Positions 47,999 to 60,813 of a stretch of 64,000 bases of DNA are shown piece after piece. The notes beneath the pieces were generated by a model that was not told the DNA's origin, searched no databases, and was given only the letters and a program-made list of their open reading frames with translations. The stretch lies in NCBI GenBank assembly GCA_965113315.1, contig OZ220373.1. The stretch is one strand, 5' to 3'. The stretch is from Podarcis vaucheri. Its lineage: Eukaryota. Positions within the stretch are counted from its first letter, which is position 1. The number at the start of each line of letters is the position of its first letter. The position numbers were made by a program, and so were the translations under genes.

Positions 47999-50900
47999 AG
48001 AAATTATGTGGGAAAGCCAAAGGTGTAGAATAAGCTTGCCTCTTTTTCTGCTGTGAATATTGCAGTGTATGTAAGTTCCGGAACAAGTGCTTGGATGGGA
48101 ATGGAGAGGGAGATTTGAGCTGACAATGAGGTTTGGGGCAGGAGAAAATAGGCACATACCTTAATTTAGACTGGGAGCGGAAACTTTGCTGGTCTCCTTG
48201 TATATACTCACAGGTACATTGGCAAGATGGTTTTTGCAAATATGCAGCAAGACCTGAACACAGATTGAATTTGTTAATTTTCTGTGACTTGTCGTCTATT
48301 AACTTACTCAGAGCAGGCCCATGACAAAATAAGATCCAGTAATTTCAGGGAGTCTAATCTGAAGTAACAGTTTGTTGACTACAACCCAGTATTTACCCAA
48401 AGGTCCCAGAGCTTATAGTTGTAAAGACATATTTGGCTACATACAGACATGAACAAGTTTCCTGAAGATACTTCGTCCACTTTATTTTGCGGCAACTGGT
48501 ACCATTTGAGAACAATCGCATTTATCGTAAGTACTGTTGAGATAAAATAGAAACTAGTGTCGCCTAAATTGCTCTGTAGCCATCATAATGCAAACAGTTA
48601 TAAACCAGACTCTTTAGATGGCAATAGAGATGCACAATAAACTCTTGAAAAATCTGAATTTGTTTTCATTGGAAAGGTTTTATTTTGAACCCTACTGTTG
48701 TTGAAACTTGAAACAAGTGACGTGAATGTTAATCATTTCCCTAATGTGGTATATAAACTTGAAACCAGATTGTGTCACATGATTCTGATTACCAGGTGAT
48801 AGTCTCTTCAGTTTAATTGCAGTACAAACATTTCACCAGTTTTCAGAGGCCATCTCTTTTCCATCTCATTAAAGCTTTTAAGTGCAAGCCCATGGAAATT
48901 TGTAATCATTGCTTTTCGGCATTGTTTCCACTAGTTGCTAGTGCTAAGCAAGCTTTATCTGATTGGGAATGAGATGGAAACTTCAGACTGAGATCCAGTG
49001 GCTGAAGGGTACAAAAACGTTATGTTTTAGTGATCAGAATGAAGGTAAGTAGGCCGACTTTTCTGTTGCAGTGTTTAAGATTTTGATACAAGCATTACTT
49101 AATTTGGAAGAAAATTATAATGTGTTTTTAGTAGCTTCAGTTTGGAATGCATAGTTTGTTTTTCAGTAGAAGTGCATTTCAGACACTTTTCTAATAGACT
49201 GTTTACGAAAAGTTAAGGACTGGAGACAGAAAAGTTGAAATGAATGCACCCTTAAATTGACAGCCTTTTTGCAACTGCAGTTCAATTTAATGATTCTCTT
49301 CAAAAGGCTATAGAAATAGCTTTGCAAAACAGCAGTGCTTGGCAAATGTAAATAAATGTTGGATTTGTTTCTGTGAATAGTCCATCAGCATAAATTACTA
49401 AACAAGGGCCTGTAAAGCAAGATGAAAAAATTAAATTATAGCTCTAAATCATGAATTGTGTCAATTAAGACTTGCTTTCTAATTTTTTATTTAAAAATTC
49501 TTGAATCTTCAAAATCCATGATGTTTTTGTATCCTTATAACAAGTTTGCAGTCCATTAATTTCATGAACTAGCTTATCTCCTTGCTTTACACGCTGAACA
49601 GTTAAGTACAGATTATGCTTCTGTTAGATTTTTAAAAATAAATTAACATTACAGTATTTAATTCAATATATTAATAGCTTCCTATACATTTCAAAGTGAC
49701 TTAATAAAGACACAAATAAAACATATATAAAATATATGAAGACAATTAAAACAATTTTATGTTTTTTCTATATGAAATGGTTTAATAGTATTAAACACAC
49801 TCACTCTGCATAGTCAACCAACAGAAGCAGCCTCAGAGGAGTTTTTTATATGTGACGAAAAACCCTTCTCTAGAAAGAAAACATAAACTGCTTCATCCGC
49901 CTCTTAGGGGGGAACAAAAATAGCATACATTCTGGAAAGTAGACAAAATATAGAGCGGGTACCTGAACTCTGGCTACCTTTTGGAACTAATAAGAGGAAA
50001 TATGGCAAGAGATTATTTCTCAAATACTGTATATATGGAATATAGCCTTTGGAAATCTGAAACAGACTGCACAAGAGAGCAAACCACATTAAACATAGTG
50101 GAACTTCTGATTAAATATGTGAAGGATTTTTCTGCATGTTGCTAAAAAGAGGGTTGCTGCTGCAACTAATTTAACTGCATATAAATGTCTACTAGCCAGT
50201 TAAAAATGGGTGCAAATTTAGAAATTGGTTATCTTTTGTAGATGACAGCCTGGCAAAATTTCAGTTGATCAGATTGGCAAGTAGTTGAACTTGTCAGTTT
50301 CCATGTTGGTTGTACCAAAAAAGGTGGACCTGTAATAACTATAGATGTTCTGTTGAAATGTGTCTGACATCCAAGTGACACCTGCAGTTATATATATCTT
50401 ATACTCAATGGTATTTTAGAAAACCAAAAAAATGTTTGTGTAATAAAATTATTTACATGCCACCTTTCTCAGGACAGCATCCAAGGTTGCTCACAATATC
50501 ATAAAAGCACAATTGCAATGATCTAAAATAATATTTTTTAAAAATAACAAATGCAGCAGCAGTAACTAACATTAAAAAGGTAAGTTAGAAGTGTTTCAGC
50601 TTGGTTTGGTTGTCCTGCTGTATTTTCTAAGAGAGCTATATAAAAAGGCAGTTTAAAAAGATGGGTTTTGTAGCAGAAGTATGCTGGTGTCCTTTAGCCA
50701 TTTCCCCCTTCAGAAATACGCAGTGAACATGCTCCCCCGCCTTCCTCTGGTGGTGAATGAGATGTGTCTATTCATGTCTTTGGCCTTATGGAGAGGAAAA
50801 GCAGCTAGGGAAAAACTTTAACTAGACAAACAACCAAAAGAAAAACGTGTAAGAAGTCCCCTTTTCTCCCAGTGTTCTCCCTCTCACACAATCTCCTGGT

Positions 50901-52342
50901 TTCTGCTTGGAGAGTTTTAAAAAATACATAGCTGCATGTCACATTGAGTTCAGACCCTAGAGCTGAAGATGCAAGTTGATCTGTACAAGAGGAATGTCAA
51001 GCATTAGTTAATTCTTTAGAAACTACCAAGTGCTTACACACAAATGATGTCCTGACAAATATCAAAGAACAACAATGCCAAAGCAATTTATCTTTTTCAG
51101 AACTGCTTTTAGTTTTCCTTAATGCTAAGCTCCTCTCTGCCTTGAAAATGCATGCCAAGAAAACATAAAGCAAGCTACATTTATGTCACAGGTAGTGATA
51201 TCAATCAAACTAAACTAGAATTGCATGCAAACTGGCTTTTAAATCACGTTGCAGAAAATCTTGAAAATGGGACTGCAGCTATATTATCTTACCAGCCCCC
51301 TTTCAAACTGAAAGCCGAGATTGTGTGGTTAGTTGGCCCAGCCCTGCTTGACAGGTTCCTAATAAGAGCTTCAAAAATTTAACTCCCTCCCATTATTATT
51401 TAACTTAGACTAGTGAGGAATCGCAGAGTATCTCATCGGGGGTGGAGAAGTACATTGGTGTTTATAGTGGAATAAGCTTCATAGAGTGAAGCCACTCCAG
51501 GCTGGCCAGGCGTCTTGGCCTGGTTGTTGCTTAAGTGTTGTGCAAGAAAGCGACTTGGTATGTAACCTGCTGAGCGGCTGGAAGAATCCAGCCATAAAGA
51601 CAGCTGCCAATCGCTGATAGGGGAAAGTGGAACATTAACCATTCTCTAGTGTGGTCCAAGGATCAAGGATCCTTGAGGTCTGAATGGACTTCCTTTCCTC
51701 CTGCCTACACTTTGGTTGCTGCAGAAGCTTTGGGGAGCAGAAGAGAGCTTGACTTACGAGAGCAGTCTTGACGATGCAAGAGACAAAGCAGGACAAATGA
51801 AAGTTCAAATGAAGGTAAAACTGTACACAGAGATAGGCAGGTAGATGAGTTAGGACTGGAGCATAAATGCCTCCTGGCAGCTGCTGATCACCACAGCTTA
51901 AATTTGCTAACTCGCTCTTCTCCTCCATCACTGTTAACTTTCCAGGGTTCATTTGTTAGGCTTGTTGATTCAAAAATAGACTGAAGCAAGAAAGAAATAC
52001 AGATGATCTGCAGCATATATGTGAGAGTGCATTGCTTTGTTTTGGGATCTGCGGCATCATTAGTTCAGGAGATGATTGTATATTTTGAAACTTTTGTCCT
52101 TGTTTGTAAGGTATGGAGGAGAGCTATATAACACCATTCCTGGCTTGCCAGTGTGTTCACTGAGTGGACAGACGGCAGTGTTCTAGGGTTGCAAAATGAG
52201 GTTAGGTGTTTGTTCTGTGTAGGTAGAAGAAGGAAGAATCTTCTCAAAGAAGCCACCTGGCGCCTTAGTTTTAGCAGTATTAATTTTAACAGGATTGCCA
52301 AGTACCTCACTTTGATTTAAGTAGCAGCATTATTGTCATATA

Positions 52343-52511
52343 CCGTATTTTTTGCACCATAACACTCACTTTTTTCCTCCTAAAAAGTAAGGGGAAATGT
52401 CTGTGCGTGTTATGGAGGGAATGCCTATGGGTGGCATGCCTACGGATTTTCCTCCTCTAAAAACTACGTGCGTGTTATGGTCGGGTGCGTGTTATAGAGC
52501 GAAAAATACGG
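52343..52511. mobile_element. Tc2/Kanga-like MITE, 169 bp
   Basis: Same ends and length as 36018..36186. Confidence 0.85.
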
Positions 52512-52821
52512 TACTTATTGTGAAGCTTTTGCCAGTACCGTGTCCCAGTGCTAGGCAGCTTCACCTGCTAACTTTTTCTGAATAAATTGTTAAAAGCACA
52601 GGAGCCCTGCAGAAAAAGTGTCATCAACCCTACTTACAAGTCCTGTGTATTCCTTACACTTCAGAAGTTAAAGCCCTTTGTGCCTCTTAATGAGTTTTTT
52701 CTGCTATAGCAAGCAGGATTCAGGGTGGATGCGTTTGTTTTGTTATTGTTTGTATTATATACTTTGTGGTTTTATTCTGTAAACTGCCCTGAGATCTTTG
52801 GATGAAGGGCAGTATACAAAT

Positions 52822-52822
<1 letters not shown>

Positions 52823-52873
<51 letters not shown>
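52823..52873. repeat. (TAA)n microsatellite
   Basis: Direct read; probably the tail of a short retroelement remnant. Confidence 0.95.
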
Positions 52874-52878
<5 letters not shown>

Positions 52879-53663
52879 ATTCTTCTTGTTGTTTGGTGAT
52901 CACTCGTAGCCGAGTAAGATCGTCTTCCATAAACATGGTTTTAACAGTGAGTCCATAAGTGACTGTTGAGGCCAGTTCTGTATCCACATGTCCTTCCACA
53001 ATGGGGACTTTGGTTTCCAGGCGGGAGTTGATCACGGTGTGGATTTGCCAAGCATGCCTTCCTCTTTCACGTTTCTCCCTTGCATCCTGAGTTTGAGTGT
53101 CTTCAAATCCCATGACACCTGTGGTAAAGGCTGTTCTCCAGCTGGAGCGCTCGCAGGACAGTGTTTCCCAGTTGTCAGTGTTTATACTACATTTATTTTA
53201 GATTTGCCTTGAGACAGTCTTTAAACCTCTTTTGTTGACCACCAGCATTACGCTTTCCATTTTTAAGTTTGGAATAGAGTAGTTGCTTTGGAAGACGATC
53301 ATCAGGCATCCACACAACATGACCAGTCCAACGAAGCTGATGTTGGAGAATCATTGCTTCAACACTGGTGATCTTTGTACACTGATATTAGTTCGCCTGT
53401 CTTCCCAAGTGATGTGTAAAATTTTTCGGAGACACTGTTGATGGAATCTTTTGAGGAGCTGGAGATAGCATTTATAAGTGGTCCATGTTTCACAAGCATA
53501 TAATAAGGTTGGTAGTACAGTAGCTTTGTAAACAAGCATTTTGGTTTCCCTGCGAATGTCCTCAAACACTCTGCACTTCAATCGGGAGAAAGCCACATTC
53601 TCAGAGCTCAGGCAATGCTGGATTTCGGCATCAATGTTGGCCCTTGTGGAAAGATAACTGAGT
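52879..53663 (-). mobile_element. 5'-truncated RTE-clade LINE
   Basis: Peptide IDAEIQH...AFSRLK...TKMLVYKATVLPTLLYACETWT is typical of the RTE RT C-terminus; GAA-like tail at the 3' end. Confidence 0.82.
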
Positions 53664-54630
53664 ATCAGCAAATGGGAACCAGTGATCAGGGATGAAGCTC
53701 AGTGGTTCATTGTTTTCCATATCATTTAAAAGGTAATTGGGAAGTCTACTTGCTTGCACACCTTGTTTGGGAGTAGAAAAAAATTTCAGTGCCTCCTGAG
53801 ACCCAATTTGAAATCCTTACTTTGCTTAGAATTAGTCTGCAAGATTTGCTGTGCCAGCGTATAATCATGTAAGGGTAGAGTGGAAATGCACATATCAGTT
53901 GTTATGTCAGTACAATGTCACACGGTAAAACATGATACTAATTCTGGCACCTGGCCAACACTGTATCAGTGACTTGTCCTAAGGTGCCCCCTGAAAGCCT
54001 CACCTTCTGTCTTTTTAATTGCTTTAGAACTGATTCGCTCCCTGAAACAATGCTTCACATTAAGTATACACTGTCAGTTTAGGTTGGCCCTGTAGAAGTT
54101 GTGCACTGCATACCAATTATATGTAAAGTGAACTTTCACTGGGATCATAAACACATAACACTTTAATGTGCAGTTTAGTGAGATAATTAGAGCTTTTTAT
54201 TGCAGAATTGTATTTAAGGCCTTAATTCACCTGTTAAATGTGAACAGATTTCATGCCACTCTGCCTTGACTTCTACTGCAGAACATTCTCTGCGGCTGGG
54301 AGCTGTCACTCCAGGGCAGAGGGAAATAGATTGAGAAGGATGGCTTTGCATGGCCTTCTTGTTGTAGGCTCTAGGTTGTATCTTGGTGGGTGGTGCTCTT
54401 GCACCCATTGTCTTACCCTGTTATGCTGGTCATCAATGATGTACACTGCAGTGACAGGCTTTGCTTTTGTTTTAAAGTAAGTAAACATTGTAATATAATA
54501 TGAAAGACAACTGGCAGACTTCAGTTTGGGATCTGCATCTTCCATGTCCTCATGAACTTTCAGCCTCATCTAATGTTCATGTGGAATCACGGGTTCTCTA
54601 GGTTTATTTTGATGAGCATAATAAAAATTG

Positions 54631-54800
54631 TTATCCTATGTTTGATTGAGGGAAGGGGCTGGCAGAAGGGGGGAGGTTACCCCATGAAGTGTAGGATAAG
54701 CTTCCTTAAGTAGTATTGTCCATTTACTAGCATTACTTCCATATTATGGGTTGCAAAAGTAGAATGTGGAAATCTATAGGAAGAAAGTAAGGCAGTATTT
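54631..54800 (+). repeat. Locally duplicated segment, copy 2
   Basis: Direct repeat of 47853..47998 with small indels; ends at the Sauria SINE. Confidence 0.8.
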
Positions 54801-54801
54801 T

Positions 54802-55155
54802 GGGACGCGGGTGGCGCTGTGGGTTAAACCACAGAGCCTAAGACTTGCCGATCAGAAGGTCGGCAGTTCGAATCCTCGCGACGGGGTAAGCTCCCGTTGC
54901 TCGGTCCCTGCTCCTGCCAACCTAGCAGTTCGAAAGCACATCAAGTGCAAGTAGATAAATAGGTACCGCTCCGGCGGGAAGGTAAACGTTGTTTCCGTGC
55001 TCTGCTCTGGTTCGCCAGAAGCGGCTTAGTCATGCTGGCCACATGACCCAGAAGCTGTACACTGGCTCCCTCGGCCAATAAAGTAAGACGAGCACCGCAA
55101 CCCCAGAGACGTCCGCAACTGGACCTAACGGTCGGGGTACCTTTACCTTTACCTT
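54802..55155 (+). mobile_element. Sauria SINE
   Basis: GGGACGCGGGTGGCGCTG head, (ACCTTT)n tail; no clear TSD. Confidence 0.88.
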
Positions 55156-55729
55156 ATCTGATTTAGTATTGTAACTTTTGTATGTTTTAAAGTAGGGTTA
55201 TAATCCCCCCTTTTTTCTTTTTTAAACTACTTTGAGAATTTTTATAATCAAGCGGTGTATAAATCTTACTAAATAAACAAATAAAGTAGATAAATAAAGT
55301 AAGGGCTGTTTGCCAGAGTGCTCTTGAATGGGATCACGGGCATGAACTGGGTTATTCTGACCACGCTGTAACATACAATGCCTAATAAAAGCAACTAACT
55401 GAGTTGAGCATTCCTGGTGCTGTGTCCCTTTGTGTAAGGAAGAGGAGGGAGTGGGAGCAGGGAGCCTTTGCGGTGCCCCTTGATGCCCAACCATCTCCTG
55501 CAGAGTGGGGCAAACAGGCAGCTAGGCTGGGCCAAGATCCTCAGCAGAAATTCCTACAGGGCTCACTCCCCAAGTAAAACAATATGCAAATAACACCAAC
55601 ATTAGTTGTCTGAGAACATACTGTGCTTCATGGCAAGGTTAACTAATTTATATGTGCAAAAAAATTAAATTGCTTGTTGGGGACATTAATAACATTTTTT
55701 CTGGAAGAAAGAAAACCAGGTCCGACTGC

Positions 55730-55962
55730 CAGGGCTGTAGCTAGGGGTGGTGAGGTGGGCCCCCACCAGGGGTGCAGGCAGTGTACATAAGTATAAATAT
55801 CTATTATTGCCTCATAAGAAATGGTTTTAAATAGAGGGTGAATTGAATGGGTGGGGGGTGGGGTTGGAGGAGAAGGAGAAAGGAGAGCTCATTTGTCTGT
55901 GGCCAGGGGGCTGAATATGGATGGTTCTGCCAGGGACACAAGATCGCCTAGCTATGGCTCTG
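55730..55962. mobile_element. hAT MITE, older
   Basis: TIR CAGGGCTGTAGCTAGG/CCTAGCTATGGCTCTG; TSD CCGACTGC/CTGACTGC. Confidence 0.75.
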
Positions 55963-56356
55963 CTGACTGCCTTAATAGCCAGCTCACTGGCTACTATTTT
56001 CACCCTAGGGTTTTTTGTTTTTTTAAAGAAAGCTTGGCATATAATGGTATTGGAATAATAATGCTCTTGGAATACAGTACTAATGCTTGTATTTGTACTG
56101 TAACCTTGTTTCCCCCCCCCCCCCCCCGTTCGGCAGTCAATTTCTGAACAATGCCTATTTATGTCCACACTTGTACAGACTTCAATTTAGTAAAATTAAT
56201 TCCAGAGCTGTCTAAAATACATGCTATCCCTTGCTTATTGGTGTTTAATTAGTGTACTTCATCAAAAAGATTTAACTTCCGGTCTAGGTTCAGCTTTATG
56301 TCAATTGCTAAAACAAGTATGGTGTAAGATGGAAAGCCCAGACAATCAGTCTAGGG

Positions 56357-57267
56357 CAGTGTTTCCCAACTGGTGTTCCGCGGCACACAAGTGTGCCGTG
56401 AGATGTTGCCTGGTGTGCCGCGAGATGTTGCCTGGAGGGAGGCGGGCGAGGGCGTTTGCTTCCCGGAGGACTTGTGGGAAGCCGCCCCTTCCCTGGGCGA
56501 CGCGCCGCCTCGCGACTCCAGAGTCAGTCCCGAGGGCTCTCGGAGGGACTCGCGAGCGACGGCGCGGCGGCTCCGGGGCGCGCTCAGCTGGGCCGCCACG
56601 CGCCCCCGCTGCAGCTGCCCGGCGTGGAGCGCGACGCGGAGCCGGCCGGGCTTGGAGGCGCCCAGGTAGGGGCGAGCCGGGCAGGGGCGGGGAGGTCTCG
56701 GTCTGCTGCGGGCGCAGGAGGGCGAGCGGGAGAGGGGGAGCCGTCGGGTCTCCTGGAAGGAAGCGAGGCGGCGGCTGAGGGGGATGCAGCCCCGTCCCCA
56801 GCAACAGGCGCTCCTCGAAGTGAGGCCACAAGTCGGGGCTCGGACAGGGCCTGGAAGCAGCGGCTCCGGCTCTTGGGAGCGGAGAAGGGGACTTCGAAAG
56901 CGGCCTGGAGGAGAAAAGCCCCGATGCAGCGAGAGCGGGGAGCGTGCTGCCTTGTCCAGGCCTCCTCGCTTTGTGCCGTCCGCTGCCGGGAGCAGGACAC
57001 GGGGGCTCCTCGTTCGCATGCTTTCCTGGGTGATCGGTGAGGGTTAGGGTTAGGGTCCCTCAGTCCCTCGCTTTGCTGCCTCCCCCCCCCCAAAGCTTGG
57101 AGGTTCCCCGGCAAGGGGGAGGGGAAAAAATTGAAAACTTTCACTTTCGTGCGTCCCTCCCGGCGTGACGCTGCGCGCTGACGTCACGGGGCTGTAATGG
57201 TGGTGTGCTGCGAGATTTTTTTCATCAAACAAGTGTGCCTTTGCCCAAAAAAGGTTGGGAAACACTG
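56357..57267. mobile_element. Non-autonomous hAT (Charlie-like) element carrying a CpG-island-like insert
   Basis: Perfect 14-bp TIRs CAGTGTTTCCCAAC; perfect 8-bp TSD GTCTAGGG at 56349-56356 and 57268-57275. Confidence 0.92.
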
Positions 57268-57920
57268 GTCTAGGGATCATGTTAGGGCAAAACAAAGAGC
57301 ACACCAGGGTTTGGTGCACATGACTGGTCTGCTTGTGGCACATATTTTATTTCCCTTCTGCGTTGGTGGTTCCTGAGGGCTGAAGATCAGATCCTGTATA
57401 TGAAGTGATACGCCTATGTCTGAACTAGGCAACTTCAGACTGTAGGTGGTGGCTTGCATCTCTGTCCCCTTCCTGGCCACATGAAGAAAGCCACCAGATT
57501 TTCATGTGACGCAGTCTCAACCACTCTTTAGGAAGCACCTTGTGTTTTATCAGATATGCTCTTGTCTATATAACACACAAACCTGTGTCTAACACAGAGG
57601 CTCACAGAACTATTACTTCAGAGATGTGCCTTTTACAGAATATGGGGCATTTAGAAACGTTTGGAAAGACTAAATGAACTGGCAAGGGGAAAGATCACAT
57701 GAAAATGCCTGTGATCCAAATCTCACAAGGGTTACAGGTGAGCGAGATTAATAAAATAAGAAAGGTAAAGAGATGTGAAAACCTTAACTGCACGGTAGTT
57801 ACCTGCCTCGTGGAAGGAGGAGCAAAGAAAAGCGATTTGGGGGATTTTCACGGGGGTTGAAGGATCCAAGACTGCATTCTCCAGATGGGTCTGGAGTGGC
57901 TGGGAAAGGATAAGGTTGTT

Positions 57921-57945
57921 AGAGAGAGAGAGAGAGAGAGAGAGA
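57921..57945. repeat. (AG)n microsatellite
   Basis: Direct read. Confidence 0.9.
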
Positions 57946-58107
57946 ATGTGGTAGGACAGTATTATTTTCAGTCTCTGTTTATTGTAGGCAGTACTGGTTG
58001 TGTTCTGCAATAGTTCATCTTCCGCCATAAACTATGTTATCGATCTCATTGTCTGTTGTGAAATTATGTATCTTACGTCATGATTATGTTCTGCTCCATT
58101 CATTTCA

Positions 58108-58110
58108 ACA

Positions 58111-58172
<62 letters not shown>
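58108..58172. repeat. Compound (AC)n(AG)n microsatellite
   Basis: Direct read. Confidence 0.95.
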
Positions 58173-58175
<3 letters not shown>

Positions 58176-60577
58176 GGTTGTGGGGGACTGTGAGTGCTTA
58201 AGTATTGTTCACAGGAGTGAATAATAATATTTGCTGGATTGATTTCTGTTCCCATATGTGTTTTCCTTGGAATTCATAGACATGTCTAGTGGGGGGGGGG
58301 GCGCTTTTGTTCAGTCTAAGATTCTCCCCCAATGGGCTCAGGCTTAGCTTGGCCACATCTGACTCCACTCTGGATTCCTTGGAAACCTTAGCATATGGTT
58401 CAAAAAATAGCAAAAGCTTTTCTTTTGGTAGATGCGGGGTTGTGCGTCTTACAACAAAGGATGTGACAAAGAGAACAAAGGGAAACAAAGGTAGGATGTC
58501 TAGCTGAGCAAAAAGGATTTCTTCTGCCACAGATACCCATGGAGCAAGCTTAGAAGAAAGTGACATGGCGCAGTCTTTTGGAAGTTTCCAAAAAACCTGA
58601 ACAGACTAACGTGCCCATTTGCAAGACATTAATTTCCTGCTATGCATCTCTCTGTCAGACTGTAAAAGATTGGTAAAGAGGACATTACTTGTGCCCTTTG
58701 TCATGCCATGACACAATATAATTCTTCCACCAGAGAGTCATTGGGTACAATTTTTTTCTTACTTGTAAAAGATGTCAACACTTTCTCAGGATATTCAGAC
58801 AATCCAATTACCAGGAGTAGGTGCTTGCAGGAGGATGCATCTTAATTACTATTTGGAAATTTGGGTGGTTGTGTTCCAGGAAAAGCTGTTCCGTGTCACC
58901 TCCCAAATTCTCTCGCCACAGAGGTGTCTATGGTGTCTTCATTGTAGTACTGCCTTTGTAATATGCTGAACACACACTTCTGTACCCTGGCCTTTGACAG
59001 CTGAGATGACCTACGCTGTATTTTTGGTATGTTAGGTATTGGGTTTACTTGCTTTCAAGTTGCATCATTGTTTTGTAGTAATCTTCCATGAGACTTAGTG
59101 GTGAAAGGCAGGTTAAGAAATCCTAAAATAAATGAAAACTAGATGAAAATGTGAACTTGCACTAGATATGGCAGAGATTTCTGGGATTAATTGGGCTAAC
59201 ATTTGGTTTCCATGGAGAAATTCCCCTGGTGTGAAGCACTAGAGTTCCCCCCGCAAAAGACTAAGTTTAATTTATAGTTTGCTTGAGCTGCCTCTGATCA
59301 CACGCACTTGAGCTGTGATCTTTGTTCAGAGTGAAACAGAAATGCACGCGCAGAGTTCCAGTGGAACCCATATTCGTTGGGTTTTCTTCCAGGACTTCTC
59401 CAATTCACTGAGATTTTAACATAGTGTCTTAGTGTGTCTGAGTGCCTCACTTAACATAGTGTCTGAGTGCCTTACTCTATTCTTCCTTTTTCCTCATGTG
59501 TCAGTAATTTATTTAGACTGTCAGACTGCTGGCAGCATTTTGTGATTCATTCTGTGGTGTTTTCTGCAGGGCTTAATAATTCATACCTGTCTAATTTTAA
59601 TAATGTAATGAGATGAGAGTTGGTCTCAAGGATCTCCCGCCACCCATTTACAACTCTGCTTGTGGGTCAAAGCGGTTGGGCAAGTTTAATGGGGCAGATT
59701 TCCTACTGTTGGGAAGATCTGATGCACTTGGCTGGTGAGCCTTTGCATCACTAAAGAAAGGGCGTGTTCATCTACCTCAGTTTCCCCCCATCTTGTGGTG
59801 CATGATGTCACCAAGCTGTTTGTGAAGAAGCTGCAGGTGTAGACAGGCACGGAGAGTGGTGGAGCTCTCAGACAGAAATCTGATCTTCCTGATGGCTTCC
59901 CTAGAAATCTGGTGTGGAGCAGTGAATTTGAGACACCTGTTGGAGTGAAGCAGTAGCAACACCTGCACTCAACCTGTATATAACGAATTATGTAATTGCA
60001 GAGCTGGAAGGGACCCCGATGGTAATGGAATCCTTCTTTGGAGCTTTTAAAGCAGAGGTTGGGTGGCCATCTGTCAAGTATGATCTAGATGAGATTTCTG
60101 CATTGCAGGGGGTTGGACTAGCAGCGCAGCGATCCCGCTTGTGTCCTGGCTTATGGGATAGCCGCACGCAGCCTCTCCCTGGCAGCGGGATGAAGGCTCC
60201 TGTTGCCTGGGAGAGGCTGCACGTGGCTAAGGCTCCCCCAAGAGCCGCGCTCCCTTTAACGAGCGCATGTAGCGTGTGTGCAGCTCTTTAAAGGGAGCGC
60301 TGAGCAGAGCCTCCTGCGTGCATTCGCTCCATAAGACTCACACACATTTCCCCTTACTTTTTAGGAGGGGAAAAGTGTATCTTATAGAGTGAAAAATATG
60401 GTATATCTCCCTTGCTCAGCACTTTATGTTGGATGGTGAGGGCTGGGCCATATGGTGTGCCTAGGAACACTGTGGCAGATGTGTTTTGCAGTGTTTTAAT
60501 GGACCCCTAATTTTATATGTTATGTCTTTTTATTATTCGTTTTGCAAATCACTTTGGGATTTACTAAGTTCCTTACA

Positions 60578-60813
60578 CAGTGGTACCTCGAGTTACAAAT
60601 GCCTCAGGTTACAAACGCCTCTGGTTACAAGCTCCGCTAACCTGGAAGAGTTAAGTTGAGAACTTTGCCCCAGGATGAGAACGGAAATCATGTGCCGGCG
60701 GCACAGCAGCAGCAAGAGGCCCCATTAGTGAAAGCACACCTCTACTTAAGAACAGTTTGAGATTAAGAACGGACCTCCAGAACGAATTAAGTTCGTAACT
60801 AGAGGTATCACTG
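60578..60813 (-). mobile_element. MITE family A, diverged copy
   Basis: CAGTGGTACCTCG...GGTATCACTG ends, same internal layout. Confidence 0.8.

Noticed and set aside
51433-51952. Two abutting minus-strand ORFs (105 and 69 aa)
   Set aside because: No recognisable homology or consistent exon structure; compatible with chance.
54214-54569. Overlapping ORFs and a gtaagt donor near 54477
   Set aside because: No recognisable protein in any frame.
56784-56819. MQPRPQQQALLE|gtgagg as native TRPM6 exon 1
   Set aside because: It lies inside a TIR/TSD-bounded hAT element, has no recognisable TRPM6 similarity, and no exon 2 is visible. It is not called as a gene and is kept only as part of the cargo hypothesis.
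56221-57144. ORFs of 160-220 aa in the transposon cargo
   Set aside because: No transposase or known-domain motifs; expected from GC content.
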